A stretch of DNA of 64,000 bases from Eremomyces bilateralis CBS 781.70 (taxonomy: Eukaryota), in assembly GCA_010015585.1 (NCBI GenBank), contig ML975183.1; one strand, written 5' to 3'. The position numbers and the translations under genes are program-made. Below, one piece after another: positions 48,600 to 62,355 of this stretch (the stretch's first letter is position 1; each line of letters starts with the position of its first letter). The notes below the pieces were generated by a model. That model did no database searches. It saw only the letters and a list, made by a program, of their open reading frames with translations, and was not told the DNA's origin.

Positions 48600-49510
48600 T
48601 GACGTTGCCTACACCACTCGGATTAGTTCCTTTCCTAAAGATCGGTATCATCTGAGAGTAGACCATGTACCGTTTTCATTGAAAGCCTTTCCAGCGCGGT
48701 ATCGGAGCGCATATAAACGTAGAGGTAGCTTAAACCTAGTAAGCTCGCCAACCTTTTTCATTGCATACCGAACGGTCGAGTACTCCACGGCTTATCCGGG
48801 GATATCTCCCATCCCTTTAATATTTTAATAGCTTTGCGAAAAACAGGAACATCGTCTAGGTCAGGTTGTAGCGGTAGTAGGAGTTAGTTCACAACAGAGC
48901 GAACAGAGAGGCCGCTACTACTCACTGGTACCACCGAGCGTATCTCCACCAAATACTATTCGTACGGTACGCCGGAAACAACAGAAGATCATAAATACGC
49001 CTGAGGCCCAACTTTCTAGCCGGAAATACCAACGTCGCGTTCGCCAAGCTACAAACTCATTAATCAAGGCGGTCGAAGAGATCGAGGCGTATAAGGGGTC
49101 CGTTTCAGCCACACAACGCCAGCAAACCAAAAAGAGTCGCTGCCAGGTTAAAACAGGACTTAGCCAGACCGGTGCTTCGTACGTTAGTGAGGCGAACCGC
49201 CATATCGAGGCGCGTGGTCAGAAGGAGCGGGAGGCGGTAATTAGGAAGGCACAGCGGGACTGGCAGCGGGAAAATCAACAGGAAAAACAGCAGAAACCAT
49301 CTCCTATACTCGATCAACCTACTAGTACGGAGGATCTCGGTTTTTATATCGATTTACATCCCGAGTTCTGATATATAGATGATGGTAGTCAAATTGAGGT
49401 TTTGGTGTGGGTTGAGCGTTTGGTGTGGGAGCACCCACAACCGGGGGTTGTGGGGCGGTCATGGGGCACGGATAAGTTATCGTTTAGACGACATTATCGT
49501 TTAGAGTGTA
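48600..49510 (+). mobile_element. pogo/Fot1-like DNA transposon remnant (transposase C-terminus + right TIR + TA)
   Basis: ATG-less frame ~48930-49370 reads PPNTIRTVRRK...KSRCQV...SQTGASYVSEANRHIEAR...GFYID..*, like fungal pogo C-termini. The end has ttatcgtttaga x2 followed by gtg|TA. Left boundary uncertain. Confidence 0.68.
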
Positions 49511-49691
49511 GATTAAGGATCTAGCGTCCACAGTGTGGATGAGGTAAGCTTCAGCTGACGAACCAGGGGCGCGGATAACTGGGCTTAAGCAGTGAACGTG
49601 CTTAATCATCACCCCCGCGAAATGCGACATGTCTTTATATCCCAGCTATTTACTGATATACCGTATCTTGAGGGACGCCGATAGACACAAA

Positions 49692-51267
49692 TCACACGTG
49701 GAATCCGGGTAAAGGGCTGATGCCGTGATAGAGACACGACGCCATCACCACGGTCCCAGCCGCTCCCGCAATTCCAAAAAGAACACTCTTCGACATCGTC
49801 CTGCCCTGCAACTGTTTCTTCTCGTCCATTGTCAGTTCATCTTCCCACTTCATCGTTCCCCTTCTGCGGACGCGTTCATCCAAAAAGTCCAGCTTCCTCC
49901 CCGGGCGAACCAGTTCGACAAATAAATTGATCATGTACTCTTTTCCGGTAATCCTCGGCATCAACCACTGCAAAGTCGGGTACATGAAGCCGTCATATGC
50001 GTCGAATCGGGTGATATATCCGGTGAGGTCGTGGTGTTTTTTGGCTCGAGGGTAGCGGATTTCCTTGTATTCGTCAAACACCGCTGAAAGTTCTTCCGTG
50101 CTCGGTCTTCTGCCGACCGTTTCGCATCGTTTGATCAACCGATTCAGTCCGTTAGCCAAGACGACGACCGATTCGATTCCCTGGTTCCCACCGTACCCTA
50201 GGTTGGGTGTCATTTTGTGTGCTGAATCCCCTGCAAGAACAATACGACCGAAGTGCCACTGATTGAGAACCCCCTCTTCTATCGGGCCAAGATGGTACTG
50301 GATGCGATTCTCCCAGATATCCCTCCACATAACGGTGCCATTGATGGGATGACTCAGGTACTTCTCTCCGACGGCCACTGCGTCGGACTCGCTGTATCGA
50401 TGGCAATTCTGACAGTTGAAAGACTTCCCCAGCTTTTCGAAGAACAACCAGAAGATACGGTCTTCGCAAGAGAACAATAACCAGTTGCAATGCTTGTCGT
50501 TGCAGTCGATTAGCGATGATTTTTGGAGGCCGGGAACCATTTTGCTGACGCCATACAGACATCGATATTCGCTCGTGAACGCTAGGGGTTGTCAGACAAT
50601 TAAGGAGAAGTTAGATGAACGAGATGCCAACGTACACATCTTCTCTTGGGCTGGAATCGCCCCAGGCCGTACCCCGTTGGCATGCTTCCACATAAATTCC
50701 CTCACCTGGCTATGGACTCCATCGGTCCCAATAACGATATCTCCTGCTTCCATACTTCCATCCTTAAGAAATACCTTCACACCCTTGTCGTCTTGTTCTA
50801 TCCGTTCAAGTGCCATTCCTGTCACAAACTTCGATTTATTTGGGAGCTTGTCATAGACACCCCGCAAGAATTCCGATCGCCTAAATATCGTGAACCCGTA
50901 CCCAGCTCTAACGGCAATCAGCAGTGTCCAAGTAAAGCAGACCGTACACTAACCGCTGAGTCAATTTCTCAAAATTATTCGATGCATTAGCCACGGGAGA
51001 GCCATCGGGATTGAAATTGTAAGTCCATTTGAACTCAGACCCGAGCTTCTCGATGTCTTCGAGCATCCCAAGTTGGTCCACGACGCGAAAGTTCTGTGGC
51101 CAGAGCCCGAAACCCGCTCCTCGTTCCTCAACTGGCTCCAGCGCCCTTTCAAGCAGGACATAGTCAATACCAGCGGCTTCCAACGCGTGCGCCATGAACA
51201 GGCCTGCGATACCCCCGCCAACGATGATCGCACGGAATGGTCTGCTATCTTTCTCTGAAGCAGCCAT
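49692..51267 (-). CDS. FAD-dependent monooxygenase (group A, FAD_binding_3) with C-terminal hydrophobic anchor; introns 50908-50953, 50582-50635
   Basis: IIVGGGIAGL, IGTDGVHSQVR, RIVLAGDSAHKMTPNLGYGGNQGIES. Confidence 0.92.
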
Positions 51268-53774
51268 GACTGGAACCACGCGCGCGGATATCAACACTCT
51301 AAAGCAAAGAGGTAAAACCAGGGGAAATGCCCTCCACCGTTCCGTGATACAAAAGCCTTCGAACCCTCCTGCAACAGTCGCCGTTTGCTCATATCTGTTT
51401 TTGCGGACAAGGTGCCACAGTGGCATCGAATAGCCTCGCTGTGGTAATGGGAGGGGCCTTAATACAGATAATGGTAATGGTACGAATAATAGTGTCTAGA
51501 ATCGCCTCTTCTGCCGGTGAGAATCCCTTTAGCCCTTCTTGCTGCAACTGAAACCTTTCGAATTTATGGACTTCCTGTTGAATATGAAGGTTTCTTAGTA
51601 TGCCTTGCACTACATCGGCTATTCTTCGTTCACCGACATCGTGTCTCCATTTGGCTGGTAGCTGGATCCCGGAGGCGCAGGTTTGGGGACGATCTGCATT
51701 AATCTAACAGGGTAAGAATCCATCAGAGATGGTATTTATTGGGCGACAAGCATCCCCTGGGTCCTTTTAATATTTGCTAGAAAGCAACGAGAGCAATATC
51801 GTGGAGAAGGCGACACTGGTAGCGACCTATATTCCTCTCACACGAAAGCCTGTATCAATCATCGATTAGATAGCTACATCGCGTCGCGTTCCCCTAACTA
51901 CGTACTATTCTTTCTGTGCAACCTGGTACAGCTGTTCTGGATACACGCATTATGCATGTAAAATTATCAAATCGAAGCTGGACAGTCTTCAGAGCAACAG
52001 TGCGAGTGCAGCTTGGGGGGCCCGGCCAGTATCCGCTCTCGTGATCAGCTGCATATATGCCAACTTAGGAAACACTGAGGGGGTAAGGATTGCGCACTTG
52101 ACTTTGTGAGAGACTCCTGCATACAGCATAATGTTGGGTACCTAGGTTGAATGGAGGAATTGGTGGACCGGGCGTCAGGCGTCAACGGTCAAGAAGAGGA
52201 GTGAAAATTGTCTTTCATTCTTTTCGACGTCTTGGCTCCTGAGCTCGCCGCGCTTCGTGCTTCGTATTGATGTCCTGTCCTAAAAGTAATTGAATCCGTT
52301 CAATGAGGCAGATCTTAGGCATTGACATCTACGGGCTTAAGAACGAAGCAGCAGTCGTGTGCACAATCGGCTTGCCAGTGCGCAATATAGCCGTATTCCG
52401 TATTGCTGCTTATACTTTCACGACCAGCAGCTTCGGCTTCACACCTTATCCATCCTTGTCGGCGATGTTACTGTCCCAGCCGTCACCGCCAGCCAGAAGA
52501 TAGTCGAGGGAGATCCGCTCGTTGGCTATATCTGAGCTCTGTGGCGACGGGATTCATTCCGCACCGTGCTCGTTTCCATCGTTCAACTCCAATATTGGAG
52601 TAGAATCACGCGACTCTGCCCTGTTGGTAAGGGCCTCGGACGGTCATCGCCTTTGCCTGGCATTCGGTCAATCCGCGGATGAGTCTCTTCTTATTGTATT
52701 GAAAGCGCTAGTACTTCGGACTCGGGCACTGCCAACAGCTAGAAAATCGCCTTCTATTTCACGCAACCGGAAAGCCCAGCATTTGACGGAAGCACAACAA
52801 CAAAACCAAGTAGTATCTCCGTGTCAGCTATATGCAGTGGAGAACCTTCTAAAATCGGGTTGTTGCAAGGTGGGTGTGACGGCGAGTACGCATTGGATAT
52901 TCCGTATAGGCAGTATTGCATCTATTCGTACAACCGTAACAGATGGACATAGAAATGTAAATGTACTTGGTCTAGTCCTTCAAAAGCTATCGAGTATGGA
53001 AGCTGGACTCAGTATTTGATCGTTGGAGACTTGTATGGTTGGTTGGCTTGCGATCTTCTCATGAAATGACAGTTCCCTCCAGGGAGCTGTTGTACAAGCG
53101 AGGCACCTGCTGACTCCGAAAGGACGATTTAATGCATGAAAGTAATCCATAAGATACATCATACACTTTCTAGTCAAGCGAAGAAGTATATATGTCGACC
53201 AGCGCTCCAGATCAGTGATGGGATTTTATTACCGAGAGCCGGAATTCGGCCTTGCTGCATATCCATATGGCCCGCCGAAATACGGTAGATGTCAGCGTCG
53301 ATTGTCCAATTCAAAGCAAGAGAAAACACTCCGTAAGTTAACCATTAATTAATTACCGGCTTATATAAGTTAGTGTCTCTTCCGATAACGGAACCAATAC
53401 TGGATGATGCTGTTGGCTAAGTTGGAGACATTTGGGTAATACCACAAGTCATATCTTATTTTACCATGTTTCACGTGTACGCCTCCCCGGCCTCTCTCCT
53501 TAGATAGGCCCAATACGGTATTGGTGCGTCATAAGCTAGCAGACGATTGTCCTTTTGTCCAAGGCTCCCACCATGGTGAAATACAGGTTATTACCGTGAA
53601 CAATTGGACTCATACCGACGGGCTCTCCTGCACAGCCTCTTTCTTGTGCTCTTGGACAATGGGGAATGAACGACATTTGCGCGTCTACACCTGCATGAAA
53701 CTCCATCATGGCATGAAGCAGTGTTGATAGAGTCCTGCCTGGTACTTCAAGTTACCTGCATCGTAAGTACCAAC

Positions 53775-56700
53775 ATGACGTCTCAGCAGCCCCATGAAGA
53801 CCCTCCGCAAGAGGGAGGCCAGGGCACAAATCACGCAAGGGAAACATTAGCTTCCTCTGGACCGGAGTCTACACAAGATCATCCTAGGACCACAATCGAT
53901 TCGCTATCACAGCCTCAACCAGAGCACGAGGACAATCAACAACAAGCTCGAGAAGGCGCGCAACCATGGGCCGGCAGAAGAAGCATCTCCTCGATAGACC
54001 GCGTATCGACTGTAGACAGCTTCTATCGGTCCTCAACCAGAGAATCCCAAAGCACACTCGACGCGGATGTTCCACCCTCCACTTATAGCGACACCTACGG
54101 ACAGATCCGAAACGAAAATGAAGGATTACGGACCGACGCGACCGTCGGTGCTGATGGGCGAGTCGACATTCACATCGATCAGCGCCCCAGCAGACTCTCT
54201 GCGCTCGTTGTCCCAGCACTTCGAAAGCAACTCGATCTCGTTGCCCAAGGACCGACTCCGCCTGCGCCATTTGTCCCTCCCGAGCTTGGAGGGGCGCCTG
54301 GCCAAGTTCCTCCACCTTCGTTGAATGTGGTCATACACGTCGTTGGATCTCGGGGAGATGTTCAGCCTTTTGTGGCCCTAGGGAAGGTCTTGAAAGAGAC
54401 CTACGGTCATCGAGTCCGGCTCGCTACACATCCGGTGTTCCAGGAGTTCGTGACCGAAAATGGTCTCGAATTTTTCAGCATCGGAGGGGACCCAGCGGAG
54501 CTCATGGCGTTCATGGTCAAGAATCCGGGTCTCATGCCTGGGTTTGACACTCTTCGAAGCGGGGACATCGGGAAGCGAAGGAAAGGCATCGTCGAAATGC
54601 TCAATGGCTGCTGGCGTTCATGCTATGAGGTCGGAGACGGCCTCGGCCCAGAAGCGACAGATGAATCTTTCGAAGAGTGGATGAGCGAAGATGCACACAC
54701 GAATCCGGGTGTTGATCCGGTTCAAGTGCCATTCGTGGCGGATGCAATCATTGCGAACCCACCGAGTTTTGCTCATGTCCACTGTGCCGAGAGATTAGGG
54801 GTACCTTTGCATATGATGTTCACGTAGGTACTCCCGAAAACCCGATGTGCTCTATCTAACGTTTTAGGATGCCATGGTCTCCCACGCAAAGTTTCCCCCA
54901 CCCCCTCGCCAATATCCAGTCTTCCAACGCGGACCCTGGATTCACAAATTCTGTCTCTTATTCCATGGTTGACATGCTCACATGGCAGGGCTTAGGGGAT
55001 GTGATCAATCGGTTTCGTGTCCACCGACTGGGGCTTGACCCAATCAGTCTCATGTGGGCTCCAGGTCTCCTGTCCCGGCTAAAGGTCCCTTATACCTATT
55101 GCTGGTCTCCTGCACTGATACCCAAACCCAAGGATTGGGGTCCGCATATTTCTATCGCCGGTTTTTACTTTCTTTCTCTTGCTTCCAATTACACCCCCGT
55201 TCCGGATCTCAAGGAGTTCCTGGATGCCGGACCCCCACCTGTCTATATTGGGTTTGGATCTATCGTCGTGGATGACCCGAATGGCATGACCCGGCTGATC
55301 TTCGACGCCATTGCTAAAACAGGCCAGCGAGCGCTTGTATCCAAAGGCTGGGGGGGACTTGGAGCAGATTCTGTTGGACTGCCTGATGGGGTGTTCATGT
55401 TGGGCAACGTTCCGCACGATTGGTTATTCCAGCACGTCTCCTGTGTTGTTCATCACGGAGGAGCTGGCACAACTGCTGCTGGTATCGCCGCAGGCCGACC
55501 TACCGTCGTCGTTCCATTCTTTGGTGACCAGCCATTCTGGGGTGCTATGGTCAACAAAGCTGGCGCTGGGCCTGAGCCGATACCGTACAAGGAACTGACA
55601 GCAGATAAACTCGCAGATGCACTGCTAGATGCCCTGAAACCATCGAGTCTTGAGAGAGCGCGGGATCTAGCCGATATGATTAAAGAAGAGCAAGGTTGCC
55701 AAGTTGGGGCCCAGAAATTTCACCAGATGTTGGATTTGGACACGATGCGCTGTCAACTTATGCCCGAGAAGATTGCCGTATGGAAAGTAAGGAGAGCACA
55801 CATTCGACTAAGTGCGGCTGCTGCTACAGCACTGGTGATGGAAGGTGTCATAATGGAGAATGACCTGAAACCGTAGGTCTACTTCGTACATTTTCTGGAC
55901 CCACTGACCTTTCAAGGTTTCGCGCGAAAGAGTATGACGCTGATGACGGCCCGTGGGATCCAATCTCTGGCGGAGCAGCGGCGATTATGGGCACTATGAG
56001 CAGCATGATGATGGGAGTTGCGGATTTGCCCATCGCGACGCTAAAGGCGCTCAGAGTTCATCCCGATGCTGCCAAAAAGAAGCAAAAGGCTGATAAAGCT
56101 GGGGAAGGCGGTAGTGCCGTCACAGGAACATCAACCCGTGGCGATTTGGACCGCACATCCACACATTCCTCGATCGAAGCGCAGTGTGTGACTTCACCCA
56201 CAGCGGCAGCGCCTACCGAAGCCTCGGACACCCTCTCACTAGCACCTGTCCCTGGAAATGATGCCATAGACAGCCATCTCAGTCCTGCCGTATTGACCCC
56301 AACTGGGTCTTCGGCAAAGAGGTCTCATGTGGATTCAGCCAACTTGGGTGGTGACAGCGCTCCTTTGGCTGCCCAAGCCACGATAACCCAAAACCAGAGC
56401 AATTCGATTATCCCCCAAATCTCCCATCCCGAGTCACTCCACGAATCTCGATCTGATACCGATACACCAGCTGAAAGCACCCATTCAAGCCAGATAGGTC
56501 GCTCAAGAAGTGCAGGGTCGGAGAGCACACCGACTGAGACCTCAACACATCCGCGAACGAGATCAGTCGGTCCTAACCCCGCCGAACCAGAAGACGGTTC
56601 CAGCCATTCCCCTAGCCCTTTCACGCTCGACACTGCGTATGGGACTGGGAAGGGCTTTACAAGAATCGCCGGCGCTGGCCTAAAGGCGCCGATGGACTTT

Positions 56701-58016
56701 ACCATGGCTGTGGCGAAAGGATTCCACAACGTACCGAGAATGTATGGAGAAGAAGTTCGCCCCGCTGGCCGCGTGACGGGTATCAAGAGCGGGCTAAAAA
56801 CCGCCGGAAAGGTAAGCCTCTCAGTGGATTCACCTAAACACTCTAATGCCTCCCCAGGAATTCGGACTAGATCTGTTCGAGGGTATAACTGGAGTTGTGA
56901 CTCAGCCAATAGAGGGCGCCAAAAAAGACGGTGCTGCAGGGTTGGCCAAGGGGTTCGGTAAGGGACTTGCCGGCCTATTCCTCAAGCCAACTGCTGGTGA
57001 GTTGTCGTCGCATGCTATATTTTCTAAACTGATAGTTGCTAGCTGGTTATGCTCTTCCGGCGTATGCGTTCAAAGGAATATATAAGGAAATCCAGAAGCG
57101 GTATGGCTCCGCAGTAAGAACTTACATTATTACTGCGCGATCTGTCCAGGGCTTTCAGGAATATATCCATATGACCCCTGAGCAACGCAGAAACCTTGTT
57201 CATGGCTATCTCCACCTTCTTAAAGAAACACGCAAAAAGAAGCCATACCGGGAGCAGCAGCTAGATGCTATCCATGCGAAAAATAAGGCTCGAAAGGAAA
57301 AGAAGAAGGCCACGCAGAATAAGAAAAACGGGACTAACGAATCGCTGCGATCGTCGTCAACCGCTGGCGTTTCGGACATGACGCCTATAGCTTCGTCCTC
57401 TGTCAGTCAAATATCTCAAGCCTACTCTAACACGGACCAACAACTACCGCCTGACTCCGACCGTGCGCGACGTATGTCTGACCCGGATTTGGAAGCTGCC
57501 ATCTTGCGATCCATCGAGGAAACGACTGCTGGCGATCCATCGGAGGATGAGCTGATCGCTCGCGCGATACGAGCTAGTATGGCAGAGCTGCAGGGAGGGA
57601 CAACCCGCCGCCCAGAAGCAACATCGGGTATGTCCGAAGCGGATATGGAGGCGCAAGAGGAGGAAGCATTGCAACGAGCTTTAAAAGCTAGTGTTGCCGA
57701 GGCGACAAAAGCTGGCGCGAGTGACGAAGAGGCTAGGCAGCTCGAGGAAGTCATTCGACTCAGTCTCCAGGAACAGAGTGCCAAACATGTCAGCCCAAGC
57801 CCCGAAGGAGCCGGTCCATCAGTGAGGACAGGGGCAGAAGATGAATGCGAAGATCCCGATGAACATGAAGAGGAGCAACTTAGGCTCGCAATTGAGGAAT
57901 CACGACGAGAGATGGAGAAACTGCGAGCAACTGAAGAGCCGCGGGATTTGGAGGATTCGATCGTCATGGAGTATGTCAACCAGAAAAGCATGGCTGAGGA
58001 GACGCAAGATCGATGA
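53775..58016 (+). CDS. GT1-family (sterol glucosyltransferase-like) UDP-glycosyltransferase with C-terminal UIM-like repeats; 4 introns
   Basis: VGSRGDVQPF, HRVRLATH, IIANPPSFAH.HCAE, PPVYIGFGS, PHDWLF..VVHHGGAGTT..PFFGDQPFWG. Introns ~54824-54868, 55873-55916, 56812-56857, 56997-57041. Confidence 0.92.
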
Positions 58017-58538
58017 TTGCGAAAGTGGAGATGGGTCGGAACTGGAGCTTGCTTAGGGAACGTCAAAGGCAAAGGACTATCAATTTCTTCAGTCCAAGAT
58101 GCGGTTAAGGAAAGAGAGAAGCAACGTCACGAAGATTTACGGCTAGGTTGTGTCAACGCGTTAATTGAGACGTGCATCTTTGAATACAGCCTGATGATCC
58201 CTAGTAAGCGTTCTTTCAAACTCGGTGGTGGCAGGATTTACCCGTAGTTGTTTAATTCATTCACGAATGCTTACGACCTGAGAGAATCCTCGGTAAATCA
58301 GAACAATGTGAATGGTGTAATGTTTTAAGTCTTTCTACTTCGTTGTAACAACGGGCTGCAAGGACCATAATCTTCAACGAGCTTCAGACGATTTCAGTGA
58401 ATCTATTAGCGAGGACGTTGCGTATCATATAACAACAACCCACAACCCATCTCTACAGTATCGTGGTGCCATCAAGGCAACCGTTCCATGCATCGAATCG
58501 AATGTATCCGCTGTGGGCAGTGGACAATCAATGCATCA

Positions 58539-60492
58539 CTAGAAGTTCTCTTTTCCCCATACAAAACTGAAACCGCGCTCAGAGTACATGTTGCACTTGA
58601 TATGCAGCGTTGAGCCAAGTGGTTTGGGCCCGCAGAAGAATACCCCAGCTTCTGCGGGCGCATGGATTTTCCTGATCGATTTGAAGACTGTATCCCAGTT
58701 GGGTCGTCCGAAGTTGGTCGGGGCTCGGAGGCCAGTGATGGCGTCTTGCTCAGCATTTGCATCGTTGATCATGATGTTGGTGGCATCGTCTGACTTAATT
58801 TTGGCGGTGAGGTACTAACAGGGCGCTTAGAAGAGTGAAACAACCCCCCAATTGGACGTACTTACGGTATGGATCTCGATCTGGTCATCCATGTCTTGAG
58901 CTTCGATGGCTAAGAGAAGACTTCGGAACCACTCGAAAGAGCCGAAGTCTCTACAAATCCAAAAGAAGTAGACCTTCCTCAAGCGCGTCTTACCTTGTGG
59001 ATAGTTCATCTTGTACCATATGGACTTTAAGATGCTAGCGAAAGGCGTCACACCAATACCGGCGCCGACAAGTATAGCGACTTCGAACTTGAAGACGTCT
59101 TCCGATGCGGATCCGAATGGACCATCGATGTATACCCGGGGTAAGACTCGGCGTAGAGATGGGTCAACTCCATTTTCGTCCGCTGACTTGACAACCGGTC
59201 CTTCTTTTTCGCCTTTTGCGCGGTCGAACTCACAACCAAGAGCTTTAGCAAGCGATTTGGTGAAGTTTCCAACGCATCGGACATGGACAGAGATGTAATC
59301 CTCCTCCGGGGCACTCGTCAAGGTAAAAGGATGGTACTGCCACACCGATACCTCTGGACAACAGAGGAAGATATACTGCTGTGTGTGAGTAAAGGGTCAA
59401 ATCGAGAAGAATAAAGAGTCTCACCTGCCCAGCTCTCGTCATTGTTTTTTCTTTCTTGATCTGGATTTCACAGACATTGCTAGGATGTTGGATGACCTTG
59501 GAGACGTAGGTCCGATGCCGTCCACGAACTTCTCGTGCAATCCTTTCTGCCAAGTAGATGAAGCCGCCGAGCATCCAAAACTGCCAGAACACGCCAATAC
59601 CGGCGCAGAATGGCGGAATGTCCGGAGTGATCATGCAGAATGCGCCGTGGATGGACCAGAACACAAAGAAGAGAATGAATAAGTGATGTGTGTACCAGAA
59701 CCGTTCGTAGTTTGCTCGCCGCGGCTTTTCCCTAGAGGTTGCGACTATGGCGGTGAGCACAATTATCAAGATATATCCACTCCAACCGGGCCCGGTCTTG
59801 AAATTCCCCAACAAGAAACCCTTAAACCCTATTTTGTTCTTCGCTGCCAGCTGGGCAACATTGTTCAGGTGAGCGATGGTATGGACCCAGGAAAAGAAGA
59901 ATATTGACCATGCTACGAGCTTGTGAAATGCAATGTTCTTATCGAACTGGATGATGCCATTCAATGGAGTCTGTCGCATAAGCGAGATGAGCGTTCGGCA
60001 GACGGGAAAAAGTATCAAGGCGATGTCGACATGGAGAACCAAAGCCGCAGCTCGAGCGATCGGGTAACCAAAGCCGAACGTGGAGTTGGCGGTCATAAGG
60101 GAATCCTGTTTATCATAAGCGTAGTCGAAGTTTGGGCAGTCTTTTCAGCCTGACCTTTATCCGGTAGTTCAAGAACCCAAACGTGAAGACCATAAGATGC
60201 AATAAGACGAAAACCAAAAGAAATCTGAAGTCTGTCAGCCTTGATAGGATCGCTCAAGCCGGAGCTGTGCATACAATTTTCGCGATCCCTCATTAACCAT
60301 CCTAACTCAGGCATCAGTAGTGTCGAAGCAAGCCTGATAGTGGTAAACCACTAACCATATGTCCAATCTTTCTTTCCAGAACAGCGCTCTTTCTGGCTCA
60401 CTCGATACCTCTCCAGACATCAGCATCCGTGTGAGGGGTGGCCATCTCGACCGCTCTTTTCCGCTTAGGGTGCTTGGCGGTCTGAGATCCAT
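58539..60492 (-). CDS. noxB: NADPH oxidase, NoxB/Nox2 type (multi-exon)
   Basis: N-terminal extension ERSRWPPLTRML...W-MVNEG; heme His pairs (FHK..HTIAH, WYTHH..IHG); HPFTLTS; GAGIGVTPF; C-terminus FVWGKENF. Confidence 0.92.
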
Positions 60493-61489
60493 CTTCAATC
60501 TCAAGCAAGTCCGTCACTCAGATGCTCCTCGACGTATTAGTGATTGATTAAGTCGTCAAGACCTTTCGTAATGAATCGAATGCTTCAGAGCCTGCCGAAG
60601 TCTGGTGTTGAGAAAAGAGTGATAGGTATCTGTATCAACTTGCGATCAGTCTAACTCGACAGACAACTCGACATGTACATACCAATACATGGGTAAATAA
60701 GAGATCAAGCAATCAATTTCTCGGCCTGGAAAGTCCGCCACAGAGAGAACAGATGAAATTCGCGGGCGCAGGACAATAGAGATTTAAACACAGAAGCAAT
60801 GCGAAATAGGAATTGAAGCACTGCAAATGTGCCACTCAGACTGCAGGCACTGCCTACTTGGTATAAAAGACTTTGCGATTGCGGCAAGGGAACTTCGGCA
60901 CGGAGGGCGAGGAGACCCTGATAGCTGTTGGGTTTAATGGGTACATCAAACGAAGGATACAGCCAACGCTAGGTAGATACGAGAAAAATCAGGCCACTGG
61001 ATACTCCCTGCAGCAGAGAATGATTCAATCTTGTAACATCATGTTGTACCATCTTGGTCAAGAAAATTAGCCAAGGTGAAGATGTCCCCTGCCGTAAAGC
61101 GTGAGAGCCTGGTGGGCACAGAACTTCGGACGGTAGTGGATGTTGAAGGCGCTTTGCCTGCATTACGTGCCTCCTTTAGTGACAGAGGCGAGTCGCACCA
61201 GACAACATGAAACAGAAGTGTTGATACTTTTGCTAGGCCATTAGCAATCTGAGAGATGGTGGGTATGAAAGGAAGTTGATGTTGATACAAGAAGTGTCGG
61301 AGACCCGTCGCAAGGAGCTTGGCGGATTTGGCGTAGCGCCTCAGCCACACATGATACGGGCATAATACGGCACATGTCCCAATTCCCACCAGTTGCTGGA
61401 GTTGCACGGAACGCCCGCTATTATACGCTTTAATAATAGTCTATTCCCAAGAGATAGCCGCCAGATACCCGCATGATTAAAAACCACGA

Positions 61490-62355
61490 TCAGTACATGT
61501 TCAACCCTCCACTAGCAGAAATGGTTTGACCACTTATCCATCTGCTTTGCTCCTCTGCCACCCACGCAACCGTCAAGGCGATATCATCGACGGTTCCTAC
61601 GCGGTTCTCCACGGGTGTCTGCTGCTTTTGACGCTCAATCAAGTCAGCGGGAAGATTATCCATCATGTCAGATTGAACTGGTCCGGGTGCCACCGCGTTC
61701 ACCGTATGCCCGGCAGGACCGATTTCGCCAGCTAAGGCTCGTGTCATCCCTTCGATAGCCCCCTTTGATGCACAGTACGCTGTGAATTTGGCGAGTCCCA
61801 ATCGGCCGCCGACAGACGAGATGTTGATGATTCGACCCGGTTTCCGCAGGCGTGGGATGACAGCCTTCGACAGGAAATAGGGTCCTCGCACGTTAAGATC
61901 GAAGACGGAAGCGAAATCCTCGGGCGTCATGTCTACCATCTCTTTCACCATTTCCGTTCCAGCGCAGTTGACCAGGATATCGATCGAGGGACCGAATGCA
62001 GCAACGCATGCTGACACTATCTGGTCCGGGGCGTCTAATTGTCGTAGGTCTGCCCGAACCTTGGCTGCCTCAGACCCGTTCTTGATGGATGCAATATCCG
62101 ATATCAATTTGTCGACCTGCCTATTGCTTGTCTCGGAGGTATATGTGATTAGAACCTAAGCTACTCGTCAGCTCTGCGAAGTCGAAATAGCCGACCACTA
62201 GTGGTTCGCGGTCATCATTGGTGTGTCACAATATACTGCTATGAACACGAATTGGAACCTACCTTCGCGCCTCTGTGGGCGAACTCCAAAGCTATTCCTG
62301 CACCTATACCCCGAGATGCTCCCGTCACGATGGCAACCTTCCCTTGTAGAGACAT
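61490..62355 (-). CDS. Short-chain dehydrogenase/reductase (FabG-like); intron ~62156-62262
   Basis: [39 protein letters not shown]. Confidence 0.93.

Noticed and set aside
51430..53720. 2.3-kb intergenic region with short ORFs (e.g. 52522-53019)
   Set aside because: No tRNA-like fold, repeat or protein motif was recognisable by eye.
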